A stretch of 64,000 nt of DNA, from NCBI GenBank assembly GCA_036172245.1, contig JAYWIR010000002.1, positions 1,240,001 through 1,304,000 on the forward strand. The letters are read 5' to 3'. The notes below the pieces were generated by a model. That model was not told the DNA's origin, did not search any database, and saw only the letters and a list, made by a program, of their open reading frames with translations. Positions 1-11,953 of this stretch are shown piece by piece. The translations under genes were made by a program, and so were the position numbers. Source of the stretch: Raillietiella orientalis (taxonomy: Eukaryota). Each line of letters opens with the position of its first letter. Positions within the stretch are counted from its first letter, which is position 1.

Positions 1-600
1 GCAGCATGCCTTTTCCTATGCTCAAATACTGAAGTGCTCAGCCCTTTTACTAGGGATTTCTAGTGGCACAGTAGTTTTCCGGTGTTCATGAACGTAAGGA
101 TCCTTGATCGTATCCATGCAGGCACTCCTTTGGTGGCGGAACTGAAACCCGATTCTTGGCATCTCCTCTCATGGTGGTCCTGTTCTCTCTTCGCTGATGA
201 TTGACGACTTCTTGGCGCGAGCAATTGGAGTGTTAGCACTCTTCCATCAACCTGGAGCATCAGGAGCAGTCGTATTTTGGAAAATATTGCTGGAATGGGT
301 GGATTCGAGGCTATCAGCCCCTAATTTTTCTGGACAACCTAGATCTGGGTTAGTGGTTCATCATGCTTGTACGTTATCATATTTGAGCTCCAAATGCAAT
401 GGCTGAAGATGCGGTTCAGTGAAGGCCTTTCACCTTTCACCTTCTGCACCCATGATCGGCTTCATCACCAATTCTCTCATAGGTTTCCCCATTCTGCAAA
501 AGTTAAATTACAGGTCTTTCTCATTATCATGCAAACTGAAGCCGTGCTTTGTAACATTCGAGCTGATTATTTTAAATGACAGCAGCATGGATGACTACAG
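1..600 (-). mobile_element. Decayed DIRS-like reverse transcriptase fragment
   Basis: Minus-strand ERPVI*LLQN (~490-520, cf. RPVIDL..LN) and PAIFSKIRLLLML (~255-295, cf. PRIFTK/GIRLLIYLDD). Many stops; by-eye match only. Confidence 0.3.
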
Positions 601-1199
601 TGCTGCTCTGTAGATTGAACCATCTGATGTGGTCAGTATGAAAAATTAACAGTGTTGCAGATCACACCTACTGATCCGCACATGTTTTGTGAGAAAATTC
701 CGTGTCCCCCTCTTCTTATTTTCCTTTTCTTGCTTCTCCCTCGTATTTATTTGAACATTCCGTAACAAGCGAGCATTTTCCAGATCATTTGAATGAAATC
801 TTTGTTCAAGGGTATCTCTTGGATGCATCGTCTGCAGCTCTGTGAGAATTGTTGTATGAGTTTCCAGACTTCTGATTGACCGACGATTCGTTCAAAATCG
901 TCTGAAAACATGACAGAATGGCTTCCTACGTGGAACGTTAAGAATGACTTGAAGTCATTCTTAACTTAAAGTCACTCTGTCAGCTGGTCATCAGGCTGAA
1001 GCACTTCTGACAGCAGCTGCACACGCGCCTTGGCTTTTCGCCTTTAGCTGCGTGAAACACCGTATGATTGTCAGAGTGAAAGCGTACAAGGAAGAATTCC
1101 ATGATTTGACAGATTGAAACTCGGGTGAAGCTCCTTGCATATTCCATGTGTAACTTCAAGATACCACGAAAATGATTTTATTTTACACTATCGGTACTT

Positions 1200-2800
1200 T
1201 CTTCAGGCGTCAGAAGTGTTTACGAGGAATATGGGGCTTGCACATCCATAACGGAAAGACTACTCAAGTTTCCATTGAAATAATGGTCTACATGAAAGTT
1301 TTGCAGTCGTCTTCCTCGTCGTCTTTGCTCTCTAAACCCATCCCTTTCCGAATTTCTGTGCCTCCACTAACTGTTCATCTTGTGGTAGAGGTGATACCAC
1401 AAGATGAAGCAATGCAGCATGTTTGCTAGTTGGTGGTGCCATCCTTATTCTTCAGCTGTGCCCACAATCACCTTTGCTATGATCGAAAACCATTCTTATA
1501 TCTGAAACCATCGTGATGTTCCTCTTGGCGGCGGCATTCGTATACGTGAATTCTCTCGCTTCCAGCTCATTACCTTGTAAATTGCCAATACATCGACCAC
1601 CCAGACGACATTTTAAGTGCTGTTCCTCTCATGATCTCTACTTTCCTCTTTGCTGTATTGAAAATTCACTGTGACAAACATCATTGCGTCCTCCAGTCCT
1701 CTGCTTTTTCTGACATGCAGTGAGAATGCATTCATTCTGTTAATCATTTCAACTTCCATCACGCCAAAGAGAGCTCTCATCTCTGTATCGTCCCTTGCGG
1801 GAGAGTTGTTAGCACTGTTGTGTTTAATGAAGGAAGCAATCTCATCCTGCTTCTACTCGAAATCGAATACGTGGAATATTTTTCCTAATTTCTGTTCGTG
1901 CCAGCGTCAGAGGTATATCAGCATTGTGTCGCAGTCCATACTCAAGAACTCAGTGCAAGTGTCTAAAGATAAAGACCGAGTGAGCTGTAGGAAGTCAGAT
2001 TCATAGCTGCGATCTCTTGCGAAGCCCATGATTTCAGCGATGGTGAACGAATCGACTGAGATGGCCCTGTTGCAGCGTCCTGGTCCGCCTGCTGCCTCGC
2101 ATATAAAACTTCCCTGCATAAAACACCTGGACCCGATTCTCATTTTTCCTGACCATCTAGTTATGCATGCCTCCCAAGTCTTCCTGGTTCTCTTGCATCT
2201 TGCTCCACGACTGAATCTCAAGAGTATCAAATAGACTTTGAAAGAAAAAGGCACTCTGAATAGAACGACGACGAAGCGAGAACACGCGTTTTCTAGACAG
2301 GAGATTGCTCCTAAGAATAAATAGGAGCGAAGTTATCCTCAGCAGATGAAAGATGAGAGTGCTTGAAGACCAGGGATACGCCATCATTGCCGCAAATGTA
2401 TCTTCTTCCAGAAAGAGGCGTTTGAGGCGTCTGTTTTCTTTTTCTTTTTTTGGTAGACAAGAAAAAAAATTGAATGGAATGTAGAATGAAAAACGTGGAA
2501 TTCTGACTTTCTCGGGATGAAAACTCTTCATTCACACTTGCTATGGGACTCTAATTTGTCTACTTTGTTTTCGAAGGAATTTCCCCGTGAATGACGAAGA
2601 AAAAGAGCAGGCAGTAGCAGTGAAGCAGGGTTTCGAGGCTTCAGGTATCCCTGTTCCTGGTCTCCAAGCACTGGAACCCAAATCACGACGGCCACACTTG
2701 CACAAGGAGCTCGTTGGCCTTCAGCTCTCAGAAAACGACAGTAAAAATCCAGTTGTGAGAGAACCGGTGGCACATGGACTGGAATGAGAATCTGTGCTTT
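1200..2800 (-). mobile_element. Decayed DIRS-like methyltransferase-like + tyrosine recombinase fragment
   Basis: ENRRLKRLF..AAMMAYPW (MT-like, ORF 2157-2531), GARCKRTRKTWEACITRW..RAISVDSFTIAEIMGF (YR N-terminal region, ORF 1907-2254), TAKRKVEI (~1630-1660, cf. SAKRVSEI). Confidence 0.45.
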
Positions 2801-3149
2801 CCTACAGGATCGTAGGCCAGCTTGGGAAAAAAAGGGGCTTGATTCTTAGAATGGTTTGTGCTATACTTTTTTTTTCAAAAAAAAAAACTGTATCGATGCC
2901 GCAATCCGGGTGTCCCAATTGTTTCTAGGAAATTCAGGAGTACGGTCATACCCGCAGGCTCATTGGAATGAAACGTCTCACTCTTAAAACGGTAAGAATC
3001 ATAAGAGTGGAGCACCTAAATCAATATTTGAGTTGGTGGTATCAGTAATGAGTGCCTTGCATGGTGCTTTGAATGCAAGTTTCATAATATGTGTGGGAAG
3101 CTGACTTTCAGAAACATGTCGCGAAGATGTGAAACGGAAAATGATGAGC

Positions 3150-3450
3150 TACGAGGGATCTGTAGCCATGCATCCTGTTAACTTAGATTGCCAGGAGCTT
3201 CTTTCTTTGCTTATCCACTCGTTTTTCTGCTTTTTCTCAGCAGTGGCGTGCCTTTTGATGACGCAGCTGCAAGGCTCTTTAGACAAAATGGTAAGGCGTG
3301 CGTCTGTACAGTTCTCCCTGAAGCACAGGCAATCAGTAGAGCAACGAAAGCTCGCAAGCACCGGTTGTGAAACTGCAGAGAAGCCACGGAATCCCTACGT
3401 TTTTCAGGAGAAATGCTGTTTGATATTTGAGAGAACTGACTACCCAAACA
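3150..3450 (-). mobile_element. Decayed DIRS-like tyrosine recombinase fragment (catalytic-Arg box)
   Basis: ORF 3211-3447 contains FVALLIACASGRTVQTHAL, close to the DIRS YR consensus VFLLALASxxRVxELHAL. Confidence 0.5.
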
Positions 3451-3749
3451 CGCTTATCTTACATGTTCTCCACACTCATCTGACATGGTGTTCATCACGT
3501 TCTCTCACAATGTAAAAAGCACTACTTCATGAGTGATTCGTTTTTCAAATTTGGTCTTGTTTGCTCATCAGAAACTGCAAAAGTACGTCTTCTTTACTTT
3601 TCTTTTTTTTCTTTCTGCTTTTTTCGTTTTTTTGATAGCAATTTTAAATACACCTTGTCATTTAGAATCATCATTTTCATAATCCTATGAAATGTATCGT
3701 AAAATATTTGCGCATCTTAATAATTCTTTCCCGATGACTTAAATTTTCG

Positions 3750-6640
3750 AGGTTCATGAATTATTTATGACCATTTGTTCCTTACTGCTGCACTTGTTAC
3801 TTCCCGGGAAGCGTTCCTCAGCCTCTTGCAAGAGGAATAGATTGCATTCTAATTTCTTACTTCCACCATTTGATGAGCCGAGAATATGCAGCCCATCTGA
3901 ACAGAGATGCATGGATCTTAGATGCAGTTTCACTCTTGCATTCATCGTTTCTTTCCCATTTCCAATCTGCATAGCCGATATTCCTAAACATTCAGGCAGG
4001 TGCGGCCCCCTCTATTTGGAAACTGAGAGTCGAATTCCTCTCCTTCGACCCATGGAAGTCCTTTCTCTAGAGATGAAACTCTGATTATCTCACCGTCTTC
4101 TTTCGTATCGTTTTCACAGAAATCGCGCACACCCAATGAACCTCGAGCTTCCTTCGTGCTAAGGCAAGTGTAACAGACGTAGGCAAAAGAAAGACAAGAC
4201 GCAAAGAAGTCCCGAAGAGGTAAGGCATACTGCTTCTAACAAAAGGCGGAAGTGACTTTGCATGATTTTTTCTATGTATTCAATCTCGGATCTCTTCAGG
4301 GTAAGCAAAATGAAAGCACAGAAGGGGTACCAAAGCATATCCTCCTGAAAACAAAGGTGAACAAGCTCACTCTGATAGAGGAGGCCCACTTCCCTTGTCA
4401 GATTCCGGCATCAGGAGAAAGAAAAAAAGCATCAGTACATTGGGAATTCGAAAGAAATTCTCGTAGCTGCTCAGAAGAAAGGAGGGGTGAAGAGAATAGG
4501 CAGTTGTACGACGCTGCACGGCAACGTTGGCCTTCTTCTCCTCGTACATGCCTTCCTGTGCTAGCACCCCATGGCCGCTGCTTGCTGCCTGCAAGTTCAT
4601 CAACTCTTCCTGGGAAGGAGCGACTGGTCTGGAGCCCGCGTCGGAGGCTTTGTGGTTAAGGCTTCCGCGCGTGGCACCATGCGTCGCGGGTTCGAATACT
4701 TCGGCAGATAACTTGACGCCACTGCGTTGTTTGGGTTCCGAGTTTCTCCTGCAACGGCGCGGGTTGGCCGAGACATTCAGGCGTGTGGCCCCGGCGGTGG
4801 ATAAAGCCGGCGGCCTCCCGATGAAGGTCGGAACAATGGGAGTCGACTTTCGGGTCCTTCCAGGAATCGAGTAGTGGGGAGTTCCTCCTCCGGTCGTGCA
4901 ACGGAGAGCGGACTCCCCCTACCGGGGGACCCCTCCGGCTCCAAGATGGAGCAGGTGCCCGTGAGGGCACCTCTCCAGTTGTTCAAAGGAGCGGACCCCC
5001 CCTGTTGCGGGGGGGACCCTCTGAGTCGTCGCCTCTTCACAGAGTGCAAGGAAGCAAGCGAGAGCGATTCCCTGCGGGAAGCTGCAGCGCCCCTTCTGAG
5101 TTTCGGAAGCGTCCCTTCGGGGTTCTCTTCAGAGGAGTGAACAGGAGCGGTTCCCTTGCGGGTTCCCTCCGGAGAAGAAATTCCTACAAGCGGATCCTTT
5201 CCGGGTTTTCTTCGGAGAAGTTGAAATGGAGAGGACCACCCCCATTAGGGGGGTGCCCCTCCGGAGAGAATGAGGAAGGAGATTCCCTTCGGGGTTCCCC
5301 TTCGGAGACAACCAGGGTGGGAGGTGCGATCCCCCCGTCCGGGGGGATCCCTCCCCAAGCGTCAGAAGAACGGACTCCGAGTCCTTCCTGGATTCATAGG
5401 GCGGACCCCCATCCCGGGGTGCCCCCTATCCTGAAGAATTACACGCCCCCCTGCGAGTTACCGTGGGCGGAAGCCTTAACCACAGGGACTCCGACGCGAC
5501 GTCGTGAACTCTGTCGAACTGGTTTGAGGTTTTTCTCCCATAACTAGCTCTTTCCCTAGCAAAAGTACGAGAAATGCAACTATCTGGTATTTTATTCATT
5601 CCACTTCAAGGTGCTCTTCGGCGAAACGTGCTCTTTATCTTAACAATCACGGTGCTGCTCGTGCGTGCAGAGAGTTCGCAGTCAGCAAAATGGGTGCTGC
5701 TTTTTGGAAGATCACTCATCGGTCACAAAGGAGTGCTCCTTTCCATGCATTCCACGAAGGGTTCGCCTTCCGCTCCGGTCTATTCCAGTCATATCCAGGT
5801 GTCCATTGCTTTTTGTTGGCAAAAATGGCAATTTGTTGGACAGCAGGAAGCCGTCTGGTTCCTTCTCCAGAGCATCCATTGCTTTCCCCAATGAGAAACC
5901 AAGTGGTTTTAGCATCGGTCTTTTTCTTGGCATAAGCTGAGTGTGATTCGCACAGACAGCAGCTGTGCTCTTCGAGATGCATCTCGCTGGAATGTTCGCT
6001 GGGAGGACCAAAACGGTTGCAGGAGATCCAGTTTGCGAAAATGGACCTGTAGTCTGATTCCCTTGACGCTCAGGAACTTGACTTCTACCACCTAACGTGG
6101 AGCATATAGGATATTTCGGCGTGATCTAGGATTCAGTGGCACTCCAAAGGGAAACCCCCTTTTAAGGTCAAAATATCCCCTTGGGAACTTTCCGGAGAAC
6201 GAGGCAAGCGAGATAAAGCAAACAGAAATAGGAGCCACAAGTTCGTTTTTCCTCTCGACTCATTCCTGGAAGAAGGAGCTTGCAGTCTGCTCACCGAACC
6301 AGTGCTGATCTCCGTCTTTCCGAGACAACCGAACCAACCTCCTGCAATGCATAAAGAACCTTTGTGACTTCTGAGAATCTTGAGGAGGCACTGAGGGCGA
6401 TCTCCTGGCAGGCTTATTGTAATTCTCCTCTCCACGCTCATCCAACAGTAACAATAACGAACTTTTTCATTCTTTCACACTCACAGAGGATGCCAAAGTC
6501 CTCGGGTGAGGGCGACTACGGTGGATATGAGTACCAGAAAAAGGGCAAGACTTCGGCTACCACAATAGGCGCGGAATGGCAGAGAGACTAGCAGAGAGTC
6601 AGGAGTCGGCCCATAGGCCTTCAGCTCAAACTAGAAGTAC
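3750..6640 (-). mobile_element. Decayed DIRS-like retrotransposon (RT 5700-6450; YR 3750-4500) interrupted by a GC-rich hairpin island
   Basis: RT: RRLVRLSRKDG, GFPFGVPLNPR, FLSVKGIRLQVHF, LKPLGFSLGK in correct order. YR: KSLPPFVRSS...LRLVFLLPTSVTLALARRKLEVH (cf. PPFEP...KTVFLLALASARRVSELH). Confidence 0.55.
4637..5534 (+). other. GC-rich structured element: tRNA-like (A/B box) head, hairpin array, complementary termini; candidate Pol III ncRNA or SINE-like element
   Basis: 32-nt inverted repeat 4637-4668 / 5467-5498 (29/32 identical), B-box-like GGTTCGAATAC 4689-4699, multiple stems with TTCG/GTGA loops, T5 at 5530-5534. Confidence 0.45.
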
Positions 6641-7049
6641 CAATCATGAAGGACCAAGGCAAAAAAAGATTTTGGAAGCAAATGACCAACAGGACTAATA
6701 TTCACAAGTTTTAAATACTGCATCCTGGGATCTAAATAGATTCTAAGGAAAAGATAAGATGTGTGGACAAATTATATGGACGAACAGGCAGATGAAGCAA
6801 TGGTGGACATGGGGAGAAAAATCTTCATAAGAAATTAATCGTGATGCAAAGGAAGAAGCTATCGGATGGATAAGAATCACTTCTAAGAACGTGTTCGTAC
6901 CATCATCATTAGGGGCAGTGAGAAAGGAAACTTCAGGATTATAATTCCAGGTTTCGAGAATAATTACAAGGCTATCGCTAGCTTAAAAAGAGGCTACCCT
7001 CCTCACTATAGTTCCTCCACTAAACAGAGACAGAAGATCTGTCGCACTC

Positions 7050-10000
7050 ATAGACACAGGTTGGAAGAAGGGTGTTTGATGAAGGTTGAGGTAGTAGATG
7101 CAAGAACAGATGGCAAGCGATGGCATGTCTCATGGACGCTGCTCACGGTCGTCCAAGGACCGGAGACAAGAAACCAACAGTGCTGTAAGCATGCAGCTTC
7201 GACAGTGATGCGAGCTTTTCGAGGAACTCTAAGGAAGGCTTCAAGCCTTATCGTGAAGAAACAGACATCATATTCCTTGATGAGTGCGCATCTTCGGAAT
7301 CGCTGCTGCTACACATATTATATCATTATCGCCGAGGAGAATTCTTCGAATAGTAATGAGCTAACAACCTACTCTGGGGAGATCTTCACTCGATCTTCAA
7401 GCCGAAGGTGCACGCTAAACATCTACTTAATCCAATTCCGCACTTAAAGATCAACAAAGCTTACAGATTCCGAGCTCAAAGAAACTACGTACAGGAGAAA
7501 AATTAAGTCCATTGCATTCATGCTCTCTTCCATGCAGAACCATGACTTCGTCTTATTCGTATCCTTCTGCCATACACAGATGCAAAGAAGTGGTTGAATC
7601 CGCAAAGCATCATTTCCTGAATTTCGAATTTTTCGTTTTTTCATGGTGATGTCTAAGACTTCTGAAGGCAGGAGATTGAGGAAAGTGAAGCGAATTGGAA
7701 TAGCTGCCTCTAGCGAAGCAGAAAAATCAGGAGCAAACAACAGTGTCTTTCAGGAGAGCACAGCGAACACAGACACGGTCTTTGCTCCTTCTTTTCCAAT
7801 TCCAATATGAATATGCTCGCTTAGCAACTGTCTGTATCAACAGCCAAGTGTACTTATTTATATTATGAAGTCTTCTACAAAAACCACAATCTGATGACCA
7901 GAATTCCGAGTAGTGCATCTCTACGTACCTTGCAACATCACGAAACAAGGGCCAGTGAATGGCTGTGCAAAAAAACTGGGAAATTCAGTTTTGTCTCAGG
8001 ACGAATTTGAGGAATAGAAAGACCGATATTGACGTATCCAATACAATGAGACGAAATGCTCCTATGGTCCCTAGTTACCTTCCTCTTAGGAAACGATTTG
8101 CATTGTTCTTGTTAGCATAAAGAGTGCTTCATATCCGTGAGGGGGAAAACGCTTATCTTCAGTCCCCATTCTTACAACAGAATCTACATTACAAAAATGC
8201 CATTCCTCATGTGGCATCTGGAATTCTCATGACAGAATTCATGAATTCCTAAAATTCCAATTCAATTATATGCCCTGGACAATCTATATGATCTGATATG
8301 AGCCCCATTGAAATCTAAATGGAATTCTATGCAAATACAAACTTTGCGTTCTCTTAGGAATTGGCAGATGTCGTCAGATTTTCAGTGAAATATTTGCTCC
8401 AACCACCATCTGTGGGAGGATGCATACTACTCGGATGGGCATAAAGACCCTGTGAAGCCCTACTACATTCGGTGCAACAGCTCTGTAAGTAAGCAAGTGC
8501 TACTCCCTTGCAAGATCAGTCGAGAAGTCGCCTGTCCTGCTGATAAAAGGTAAGACTCCTCCTTCCCAAATGGGTGCCTCACGTCTCTCTCCGAATGAGA
8601 GGCAGTGCTTGCAACCATTCTTGAGCGCCCTAATTTTCGTGATCTCCAACTGCTCATTTCTCTCAATAAAATCTGTTTCATGGACAAATGCCTTTCCAGC
8701 GCAACCATTTATCCTAGTACTGATCGTTCATTTAGCCAACGTTGGCTGCGTTTCGGATGAAGCCATTCCAGACTTCTCGGTGCAGAAAGCGAAGATGAAC
8801 GTTGAGAGATAGAAAGCACTCTCTTCTCTGGGAGCAAAGACAGTGGTAACACTGTCTTTTTACACCAATAGGGAAGGCACGCAGCGAGATTCCCGGAAGC
8901 AAACACACTACCCGCAGAATGAGAATTGTTCCAGCCTATTCTCATGCACTCGGTCCGAGTTCAGTCTGCAGAATCGCATCTATCGATCGAACAGAGAATG
9001 CAAAGAGAAGTCCCATCTCTAAATCCTTCCAGCCACGTGAACCTCTTTCAACTTCAACTTTGCATACTTCGAAATCCCGTATCTTTGGCGCCATTACGGT
9101 AACTTTAGTTGTTTTTTTCCTTCTTGTTTTGATCCTGCATCATCGCTCCAATGCAGATTCCACTCACGTGCAAGGAGTGCTGATGAGTCGATCGCTACTT
9201 TCCCGAGAGTAACAAATCACAAAAACCTACAACGCAGCTGCCTTGTAGGTTTCCCGCGGATTCCTACCGCGAAGTGACTGGAATCAAACACTGCAAAATT
9301 TTCATACCAATAGCTGATGACAAGAGACAATCACAGCACAGAAGCAATGGAATCGACCTTCCCTCTTCACAAGAAAATTTGTAACAAGTTCGCAGCTACA
9401 GTTTCTCCAAGAACGGACAACTGGGTGCAATCGATCAGAGACTTTATTCCGCTGAACTCGCATCATGTCATGACCTTCTGTTCTGATCATTCTGGATGAC
9501 CTCGTGAGAAGAGACCAAGCATCCTCGTTCCTCATTGTTCCATCCTCCACATGCTCTGAAGTGCATGAGGTACGTGTGGAGGATGGAGCAACCAGCAGAG
9601 CGAAGCCACATGCCCAAAGATAACATTGTCTACTTCGTGCGTCTGCTGTCTTTTCCAGCAGAGCCGCTTGTGCTTCCTCAAACTTTTGTCCTTATTCTGT
9701 GCCGCTTAAAGGGAAATCACGCGATTGATTTGGATTGGCAGGGACCTCGTAACTCCAGGAACTACAATGTTTCGAAAAGGCTGGAAATTCCAAGAACCTA
9801 CGCGAAATGGCTCTGCAAGTCTTTGCTGCCATTCAATGTCCAATGCAGCCTAGAAGTTTACTGGACGCATATGCCCAAACATCTTCTTAACGACCGAGCA
9901 CAGACCTACGTAGTCGAGTAGCCAGAAGAAAACTACCAACTACCACCAACTCTTCCGACTAGTACAGCTCCGAAACTCAAGAGGTTTAACAGAGGAAGCT

Positions 10001-11700
10001 TCAGGTTCTGAACGAAAGGCTGCGAGTTCGAACCATCGAGCGGAACTCTTCGGACAGAACCCCTTTCGCCCTTTCAGGGCAGAATGGCGCAAAGCCGCAC
10101 GAATCGAATCGGAAGGAGCTGCGGGAAAAATCCCTCCCTCTCATGTCTTCAAGAAATGCATTTCTTCCTGTAAAAACTCAGAATCTTCAAAGATTCGGTA
10201 TTTTGCAAGAAGTGATCGAGAAATGAAAACAGACTACGCCCTTGAAAGATCATGGATGCCTGAGGAGCTTTACAATGGTCCGCACGAGTTGTAATCACAC
10301 CAGCAGGAATCACTCGAATCCGATCCAAGGCAAGCGGCTAAAAGAGCTTGCGGAACGGCGACATTCATCATCAACGAGAGCATCTCAGGAGAACGAGTTT
10401 TCCGTATGTTCGCAGGGGAAGAAGGTTTCCCACCGTTCCTGACGAACCACTGGAAGCGTAGAGCACGTGGGGGAGACCTGAGCGTAGATACCACCTTTTT
10501 TTGCCCGTGTCAGAACGGAAGGCTCTCTACTGCACATTTTCTGGGATGCGTAATTTGGGAATCCCATTAAAGATTGCCCACTCGGCACTCACATCTACGG
10601 CAAGTTTGTTCAAAATTCCTCGTCCTCGGTTTTTCGAGCTCTTGGTGTGACTTCTCTGACGGGAAAAGATGACCTTGGTATTCCACTTTAGTCTTGAGCA
10701 CGCTGCACCAGCGATGGCAACTTTGGATTTCTGCACCTGATCACAGAATATGTCTATGAGCCAACCCGACAACGGCAACTCGTTGCCGAGGTGCTCAAGA
10801 CCGACAACATTCAGCAGAACACTTTCGAAATCCCCCACATGCTTCTGCTGCCTCTTTTCTTTTGAAGGCAGAAGCTGGTAAGCAGAGGAGACGAAATAGA
10901 CGAAGAGGATGAGCCATTGACAACATCCTCCGGATCTGAGAAAGCTCCGCTTGCATGTTGGTGAAGGGGTCATTCATGAGGACAGCAACCAATCCGCACG
11001 TTCGAGCTTGCAGGCAGAATTTGCAACTGACGTTCAAAATGGTGAATCCGGCACTGTCTCTTCGGTGGCGGCCTGTTAGCTCCACACGTCCTGACGAGGA
11101 GGATCGAGCATGCTAGAGTAGCCAAGCCCGAAGGATGCGGCTCCTTTCGCGGCTTCATGGGGGTACGCTGGGCACCGACATGCTCTCAAAGCCAGCGCGC
11201 CGGCGAAAAAGCAGCGACCTGAGCGGCCGACGTTGCTCGAAGTGAGTTGGGAGGGGAGGGAAAAGTGACAAAGGAAAAGGGATAGCGATCAGACCTCGGG
11301 ATCCCTTCTTGAAATCCTCGCCGCTGGGACAGCCCTCGCGCTCAAGAGGACGTGACCCACATCACGGCTCATGTTTGGTATGCGGGAAGGATGAGAAGAT
11401 CCTCCAGGAAAAACGCACGCTCGACGGAGATTCCAAATCCCACAGCGTCGCCAAGTCCAACCCTGCAGCAATGAAGTCGTCGCTCTGACCTTCCCGCGGA
11501 AGCTCCTCCCTCAGGAAACCGCTCTGAGTAAAGTTTGATCTGCTGAGGGCGCAAGCAGCAAAACGCTTGCCGTTCGCGTCCTTGGAGACCGCAGTTGCAG
11601 ACACCAAGGAGCTGGAGCGCTTGGTTGGGGTGCAGCAGACCAAGTTCGAGTCCATGCCTTCGCGTTAGCTCTTGAAGCGCACCCTATTCATAATGGTGAA
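7050..11700 (-). mobile_element. Decayed, near full-length DIRS-like retrotransposon (gag-like, RT, RNase H, MT-like, YR)
   Basis: Ordered motifs: GC-rich Cys-containing gag-like region 10450-11650; RT LSFGAVLVGRV..LRRCLGICV (~9860-9990); RNase H end LKLKEVHVAGRI*RWDF (~9010-9060); MT-like VFASGNLAACLPYWC (~8860-8905); YR LLIQTVAKRAYS (~7810-7850); HxxR motif DAHSSR (AHSSR at 7275-7289). Confidence 0.55.
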
Positions 11701-11953
11701 AACAGGCATGGGAAATCAACTGACGAAAAGTGATTCATCTCAGTGTAGCGTGTCCGTCGCAGTGCTCACTCGCTTTTCTTTTTCTCCCTTTGGGTGATCT
11801 GTAGATGTGCGCTGAGGCAGGGCTATGCTTTCCGTGGGTCGGGAAACAGCCGCGAAAGCTTCCGCGCTTTCCAGCATAAGAACGAACCCACTGGAAACTT
11901 ACATGCTTTCTTTCCAGTGCTCCTAAATATTTCCTCAGAGACAAAGAACAATT

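Noticed and set aside
4640-4712. Functional tRNA gene
   Set aside because: A/B-box-like motifs are present but acceptor, anticodon and T stems do not pair properly.
5095-5135. Minus-strand CUGAAGA...GAAA hammerhead-like core, and an HDV-like ACCUCCCACCCUGGU near 5310-5327
   Set aside because: Could not form stems I/III for a hammerhead, nor a clean P1/P1.1 for an HDV-like fold.
4840-5430. Hairpin array as a CRISPR array
   Set aside because: Repeats are degenerate and irregularly spaced, there are no cas genes, and the context is a spliceosomal eukaryote.
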